64,000 nt of DNA from a virus, in the IMG/VR virus record IMGVR_UViG_3300032069_000005, positions 1-64,000 of that record. One strand, 5' to 3'. Positions 59,026 through 64,000 of this stretch are shown here, piece after piece. A program made the position numbers and the translations under genes. Numbering within the stretch: position 1 is the stretch's first letter; each line of letters begins with the position of its first letter. The notes beneath the pieces were generated by a model that ran no database searches, had not been told where the DNA came from, and saw only the letters and a list, made by a program, of their open reading frames with translations.

Positions 59026-59514
59026 TTAGATTACATCGTATGACATATTAAAAAGTTTCTGATTAACTACTCCGATAGGAGAAGTTATTAAAGTTTGCAT
59101 TTGCAGACGCAAATAATCCGTAAATCCCGAAACTCCAGTTGCACCATATATAATTGTTGGGTCTCCTTCATAAGAATTAACCGAAAGAGCAGAACCATAT
59201 TCAGTAGGAATCGGGTCATCTCCAGTATCAATCTGAGAAGGAGTTGCATAAACTACATTAGCTGCCGCTTTTATCACTTCATCAGTAACATAATTTCCTT
59301 CCAATTTCCAAAATTTAATATTTGAAATTTCAGTCCAAGTCCCAGTAAATTTTCCTCTAATATATTTGGCAAAAGAATTAGTTCCTCTTATCACTGGATT
59401 ACTTGCGGGAACAATGTTTGGGGCATCTACAGACCCAAAATTTATATTCTCTATGTCATCGGTAATATCTTCTCCCACTCCATTGCTCTCCGAAAAAACA
59501 AACGAAGCACTCAT
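59026..59514 (-). CDS. putative virion structural protein
   Basis: beta-rich, NFGSVD, NSFAKYIR, SD before start. Confidence 0.55.
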   Translation of the reverse strand: MSASFVFSESNGVGEDITDDIENINFGSVDAPNIVPASNPVIRGTNSFAKYIRGKFTGTWTEISNIKFWKLEGNYVTDEVIKAAANVVYATPSQIDTGDDPIPTEYGSALSVNSYEGDPTIIYGATGVSGFTDYLRLQMQTLITSPIGVVNQKLFNMSYDVI

Positions 59515-59527
59515 AAATTTTCTCCTT

Positions 59528-60103
59528 TTAACTTAATTCTTGATTATTATGTTCCCAACCAGTATCTTTCCATACTTTTGTCAAGATTGGGATTGAATCT
59601 AAATTAGAAACTACCCATAAATTTCCATCATTGTCAATATCTATTTTTTGTGCATTACTTACATCTGCCAAATCTATGGTCTCAATAAATGCTCTTGTTG
59701 ATTTATTATATTTACATATTTTGGTATTTTCTCCAGTTCCCTCAGTTCCAGAAATTAAAAAATATACATAAGTAGTATCTTCAACTAAATCAATTGCTTC
59801 TTCGGTTATTCCCATCTCTTTAGTAAAATAAGTTATACTTGATGGATTAGATTTATTTACTTTTGCTCCTATATAAACAGAATGGTCTAATGCCAAATAA
59901 AGATAAGTAGTATCATCGACCATATAATTTATTGCATCGGCTATAATGTCAACATCCCAGTAGCGAAAATTAACATTAAAAACACTACTTTTATAAAGTG
60001 AGCATACAGAATCTTCGCCAAAGAAAGCGAGCCAAATAAACTCGCCATTCACTAATTGGGCGGTAACTGCCTGTTTTCCTGCGAATGTATATTTATTTTT
60101 CAT
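59528..60103 (-). CDS. putative virion protein (beta-propeller-like repeats)
   Basis: DTTYLY/DTTYVY and DNDGNLWV repeats. Confidence 0.5.
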   Translation of the reverse strand: MKNKYTFAGKQAVTAQLVNGEFIWLAFFGEDSVCSLYKSSVFNVNFRYWDVDIIADAINYMVDDTTYLYLALDHSVYIGAKVNKSNPSSITYFTKEMGITEEAIDLVEDTTYVYFLISGTEGTGENTKICKYNKSTRAFIETIDLADVSNAQKIDIDNDGNLWVVSNLDSIPILTKVWKDTGWEHNNQELS

Positions 60104-60104
60104 T

Positions 60105-60728
60105 TTACGTATATTTTATTGCCATTACTGGAACTTCGGCAAAGCCATATGGAAAATTCGCTGGAAGAGTAATTCGCAAATTAAAATAAAGGTCTTTCGC
60201 TGCTTCCAATGAACCCTCTCCCCCACCATTGTTTAACCATAGAAAATGCCCTGGAGAACTGCCCGCTAATCTACTTCCTACCCAGGGATAGCCTGGCAGA
60301 CCATCTGTAGTGACTATTCCTCTAAAAAAACTATTATTCGCCACTCCCTGACCTAAAGCATAACTCGCCACACTATCCAAACCACTGTCATCCCATAATT
60401 CTAATGCGGGTTCAGAAAAAGTCTCAGCATCAAATGAAGCACAAAAGACATATCTTTTATTCTGATGTCCTGCCAAATGTATTTCTCTTAAAATCCCCTC
60501 AGAAGCATCTGCTAAAAATAAATGAGCATATTCAACATCACTTCCAATAATTAAAGGTGCAGCAGAGCCGAGTTCGTGTGGAGATGGAATTAGTTCTCCA
60601 TCCTTTACTATATCCGAACCTGCGGAAAAAATTAATCGGTCATTCGTTAGATTAATTTCTACATAATCCGCCCCAGTCTCTCCCCTTGCAACATCATCTG
60701 TTCCAACATTTACATATAATTTAAGCAT
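60105..60728 (-). CDS. putative virion structural protein
   Basis: 207-aa beta-rich ORF in the tail operon. Confidence 0.5.
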   Translation of the reverse strand: MLKLYVNVGTDDVARGETGADYVEINLTNDRLIFSAGSDIVKDGELIPSPHELGSAAPLIIGSDVEYAHLFLADASEGILREIHLAGHQNKRYVFCASFDAETFSEPALELWDDSGLDSVASYALGQGVANNSFFRGIVTTDGLPGYPWVGSRLAGSSPGHFLWLNNGGGEGSLEAAKDLYFNLRITLPANFPYGFAEVPVMAIKYT

Positions 60729-60730
60729 TT

Positions 60731-61468
60731 TTATTTTTCTCCTTTAAGAAACTTTTTGCCTTTTGATAAATTCTCTTCAGCCCATAAGGGCTGGAGATTA
60801 GTATAATGAAAACACTTGCGTTGTTCACTTAGTTTTCGTAAATCAAATGAAGCACAAGGTCTTATGTGGTCTATATGCCACTCTTTCATTCCTCTACCAT
60901 TCCAACCACTGCCATAGTTAGACCAACTCATTCCTGGTTTAAATTGAGATTCTAAATGAATTTTAAGTTGTTTAACAGAACATCCTATCAATTTAATAGT
61001 AGATTCCAACTTAGAATTTCGTTTCAACACCGCTCTCAATCTATTGGATAAATATAATCTAATTTTAAAAAGTATGTCTTTTTTTAGTTTCAACATTAAT
61101 TTTTTGTGTATTGTTGTTTTATTTTTTAATCTATATAATATACTATATTTTATAAGTTTTTCTCTATTTTTATAATAATATTTATGCCGATATTTTTTAA
61201 TGTCTTTATTTATTGGATTGTGCCTTCCTTTATTCCAAGCATAATGTGTTTTAAAATAATTAAAAATTGCTTTGCTCAAATCTCGTCTGTATTTTTTGGA
61301 TTTGCTTCTATCTTTCATTGTTCCATATTTTCTTTTAATTAATTTAGTCCTCCCGTCTTTATAATTTCCATTATTTTCTGGTATTCTAACCCATTGGCAA
61401 TAACATTTCCAACATCTTTTATTTGGATAATATATTTCTTTTCCACAGTCAAGACAATGATTTTTCAT
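60731..61468 (-). CDS. free-standing HNH/EndoVII-type homing endonuclease
   Basis: CLDC..CWKC, LIGCS, MSWSNYG, WHIDHIRPCASFDL, CFHYTNLQPLWAEENLSKG. Confidence 0.8.
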   Translation of the reverse strand: MKNHCLDCGKEIYYPNKRCWKCYCQWVRIPENNGNYKDGRTKLIKRKYGTMKDRSKSKKYRRDLSKAIFNYFKTHYAWNKGRHNPINKDIKKYRHKYYYKNREKLIKYSILYRLKNKTTIHKKLMLKLKKDILFKIRLYLSNRLRAVLKRNSKLESTIKLIGCSVKQLKIHLESQFKPGMSWSNYGSGWNGRGMKEWHIDHIRPCASFDLRKLSEQRKCFHYTNLQPLWAEENLSKGKKFLKGEK

Positions 61469-61475
61469 TTTTTAA

Positions 61476-61889
61476 TTACCAAGAATTCACCCGCATAATA
61501 CAGGTATACTCAATTTGGTCTACTCGTAAATTATCTTCTGGATACTCAATTGGAGATATTCTTTTACATTTATAAGAATATTCGGGAACTCCAGTTTCAT
61601 CTGATTCAATTTTTAAATAATAAGGTGTATTAAGAACTATTGATGATTCCATTGTATCTATTAAAGCCATTAAAGAACCATAGGTTTCATTCCCAGAACC
61701 AAGAACACCTTTAAGAGTTAAATCCCAAACTTCTTCCCCGCCTCCAATTATAATCGAACCCTTAGAACGAACATTTTCGTGTTCGATAAATTTCTTTCCA
61801 CTATGAGGATAATTAGCAGAAAAAACCACTGGAAAAGTATATACTGGAGTAGTTCCATCACTTGCATATAAAGTGAATATAATTGACAT
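61476..61889 (-). CDS. putative distal tail protein
   Basis: immediately downstream of the tape measure gene; beta-rich. Confidence 0.45.
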   Translation of the reverse strand: MSIIFTLYASDGTTPVYTFPVVFSANYPHSGKKFIEHENVRSKGSIIIGGGEEVWDLTLKGVLGSGNETYGSLMALIDTMESSIVLNTPYYLKIESDETGVPEYSYKCKRISPIEYPEDNLRVDQIEYTCIMRVNSW

Positions 61890-61904
61890 TATTTATTCCT
61901 CCGA

Positions 61905-64000
61905 TTACCAATCGTCTATTTTACCATAAATATTTAAACTCATTTTTGACTTTACATTGTCTAATTCTTTATTTATGGCATCTTTGACTTTTTGAGTTAT
62001 TTTTTCCGAATCTATATTAACATTTATAGTCATTGGTTCAACTAAAACTGATTGTAATACTTCGAGATTTCGTATTTTCTTTCTCTCTCTTTCAACTTCT
62101 TCTGGAAATACAAACCCAGGTGCTTTTTGAGCAAAGAATTTTTCTGCTGTGGCCTCTTCAAATGTCCCACCACTAAATTTCTTCAATGCTTTCATTGCAG
62201 AAGTAGAAAGTTGGGGAGCGGTTAATTCTCCTCCAAGATACCTCGATATTTCGTTGGCAACTGCACTGCCATATTTTTGATAAATTTTAAATAATTCAAC
62301 TATATGAGAAGATTTCTTTTCTTGTTCATCAATTTCTTTCGTAATTCCCGCAGCCAATTTAAGTCTATCTTCAAAACTATTTTTTAAATATTCTTCTCCT
62401 TGTATTAACGCCTTTGTCTTCATTTCTTGATATATAATAAGATATGATTCCTGACCAAGATAATCAAGAACAGAATTTTGTAATTTTAATCTTTCTTCAA
62501 TATCTTTATTTATCGCACCCACTCTTTCTTCTTCTAATTCCTGCTTTTTAATTGCCCTTTCGTGAATATTATTAAATTCATATAAACTATCCATCATTTG
62601 AATTTCTAAATCCAATAATTGTTCATTAGTATATAGCCCACTTGCTTTTGCACGATTTAATTTTTCTGTTGCCGATATTTTATCTTTTTCATAATCGAGT
62701 AATTTTGTTGACCCATCTAATTCCTTTTCTAAATCAGATATAGTTTTCGGTGTTTTTTCTACTTCATATTTGCTCATTCGTTCATCTATTAATTTATTTT
62801 GTTTTTCTTCTAATTTTATGAGTGCCTCTTTGGCTGATTTTAATTCTGCCAATTTCGCTGGGGCACGAAATAATGTCAATCCAACCTTTATGGGTGATAG
62901 TGTATTGGATGTTAATTCGTTTGTTATTTTTTTTATTTGTGCCTCAAGAACTTCTTTATCAGTCTTAATTTCTAAATCTACTTCTTGCTTTATACTAAAT
63001 TTAGCAATATCATCTATTAACAATTCCAATTTCTGCACTGCATCATCAGTATCTATATTTATGGCAGATGGTATTGAACTATTTTTTCTTATTCTATCGA
63101 TTGAAGAATTTATCTTTTCGAGTATTTTAGTATTTATATCTGATGCGGGTCTATTTAAATATTCATTTCTTAATTCTATTAATTCTTTCAAACTATTAAT
63201 TTGTGCGATTTGAGAATCAGTTCCTTTTTGCACTTCGGCTCGGTATTTTGCTCCTTCGGCTTTTATCGATTGTGTTGTATTCAATAATCTTGTCCATCCG
63301 CCAATTAATTCTGCTAATACATCTAAAGAAACTTTAAATCCTTCAGTATCTGCTACAGCAGTTGTTAAACTATTCCAAGAAGCCGATAACCTATCTATTT
63401 TAATTTTAGTAGTTTCTTGTATAATGCCAAATGCTTGTTCTGCTGCACCCGCCGAATCTAATGCAATAATGCGTGCATTTAATGAAGCATTATAATTCTG
63501 CATCAACGCCATAAAAATAGTAAGTTGTCGTTTAGATGCTACGCTTGCTGCTATAGACATTTTCTCTGTATTAGCCAATCCATTCCATTTAGAAGCTAAG
63601 TCATCCAAAACTGAAGTAGCACTCCTATATGTATTTGTTAATGCAAAGGTCGCCTTGTTTTGTTTGTCTAAATAAATAGGTATTTTTGCTATCTGGGTTA
63701 TTGTTTTTGCTCCGGTAGTTAATAATCTTGCATAAATAAACTGCAATCCCCGTGCTGCTTCTGAACCGCTTTTACGAGTTACTTCTACGACAGCAGCAAC
63801 ATCTCCAAGAAAAGCATTAATAGTAATTCCTAACTGATTGGCGGTAGCTCCAGCAGCTTTGGTTGCGTCGGCTAAATCTTTTGAAGTAACTGCAAAATTT
63901 TTAGCCACACTAATCCATTTATCTATGATAGATATACTATTTGCTACTGGTATATTAAAACTTTCTACACCAGCAGTTAAATCATCTACAGTAGTTTTCA
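61905..64000 (-). CDS. tail tape measure protein (TP901-like), 5' end outside the window
   Basis: frame open to the window edge; NFAVTSKDLADA..AAG.TA...G, TRKSGSEAARGL, long helical Ala/Glu/Lys-rich region. Confidence 0.82.
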   Translation of the reverse strand, partial: KTTVDDLTAGVESFNIPVANSISIIDKWISVAKNFAVTSKDLADATKAAGATANQLGITINAFLGDVAAVVEVTRKSGSEAARGLQFIYARLLTTGAKTITQIAKIPIYLDKQNKATFALTNTYRSATSVLDDLASKWNGLANTEKMSIAASVASKRQLTIFMALMQNYNASLNARIIALDSAGAAEQAFGIIQETTKIKIDRLSASWNSLTTAVADTEGFKVSLDVLAELIGGWTRLLNTTQSIKAEGAKYRAEVQKGTDSQIAQINSLKELIELRNEYLNRPASDINTKILEKINSSIDRIRKNSSIPSAINIDTDDAVQKLELLIDDIAKFSIKQEVDLEIKTDKEVLEAQIKKITNELTSNTLSPIKVGLTLFRAPAKLAELKSAKEALIKLEEKQNKLIDERMSKYEVEKTPKTISDLEKELDGSTKLLDYEKDKISATEKLNRAKASGLYTNEQLLDLEIQMMDSLYEFNNIHERAIKKQELEEERVGAINKDIEERLKLQNSVLDYLGQESYLIIYQEMKTKALIQGEEYLKNSFEDRLKLAAGITKEIDEQEKKSSHIVELFKIYQKYGSAVANEISRYLGGELTAPQLSTSAMKALKKFSGGTFEEATAEKFFAQKAPGFVFPEEVERERKKIRNLEVLQSVLVEPMTINVNIDSEKITQKVKDAINKELDNVKSKMSLNIYGKIDDW

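Overview
This is a 64 kb AT-rich, gene-dense fragment of a large tailed dsDNA phage, read in the standard genetic code with Shine-Dalgarno sites and sigma70-like promoters, so the host is probably bacterial. From 1 to ~53.5 kb the + strand carries small early genes, then a RuvB/tyrosine recombinase/sigma-factor block and nucleotide-pool enzymes. These are followed by replication and recombination genes (5'-3' exonuclease, primase-helicase, RecA, family-B polymerase, RuvC, SbcCD), a DNA methyltransferase with an archaeal-type SAM synthetase, a protease/deformylase cluster, and a CDP-ribitol/LicD/glycosyltransferase locus containing an intein. From ~53.4 kb to the end the - strand carries tail genes, ending in a truncated tape-measure gene. 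The most striking signal lies directly behind the DNA polymerase: two divergent Mom-like adenine-hypermodification genes. Each has an identical 75-nt tRNA-Gly(UCC)-like cloverleaf embedded in frame in its 5' coding region. The cloverleaf keeps the GlyRS identity elements and a CCA end but has lost the canonical T-loop and D-loop motifs, suggesting a self-contained enzyme plus dedicated glycyl-donor tRNA module. All assignments are from motif recognition by eye; no searches were run.
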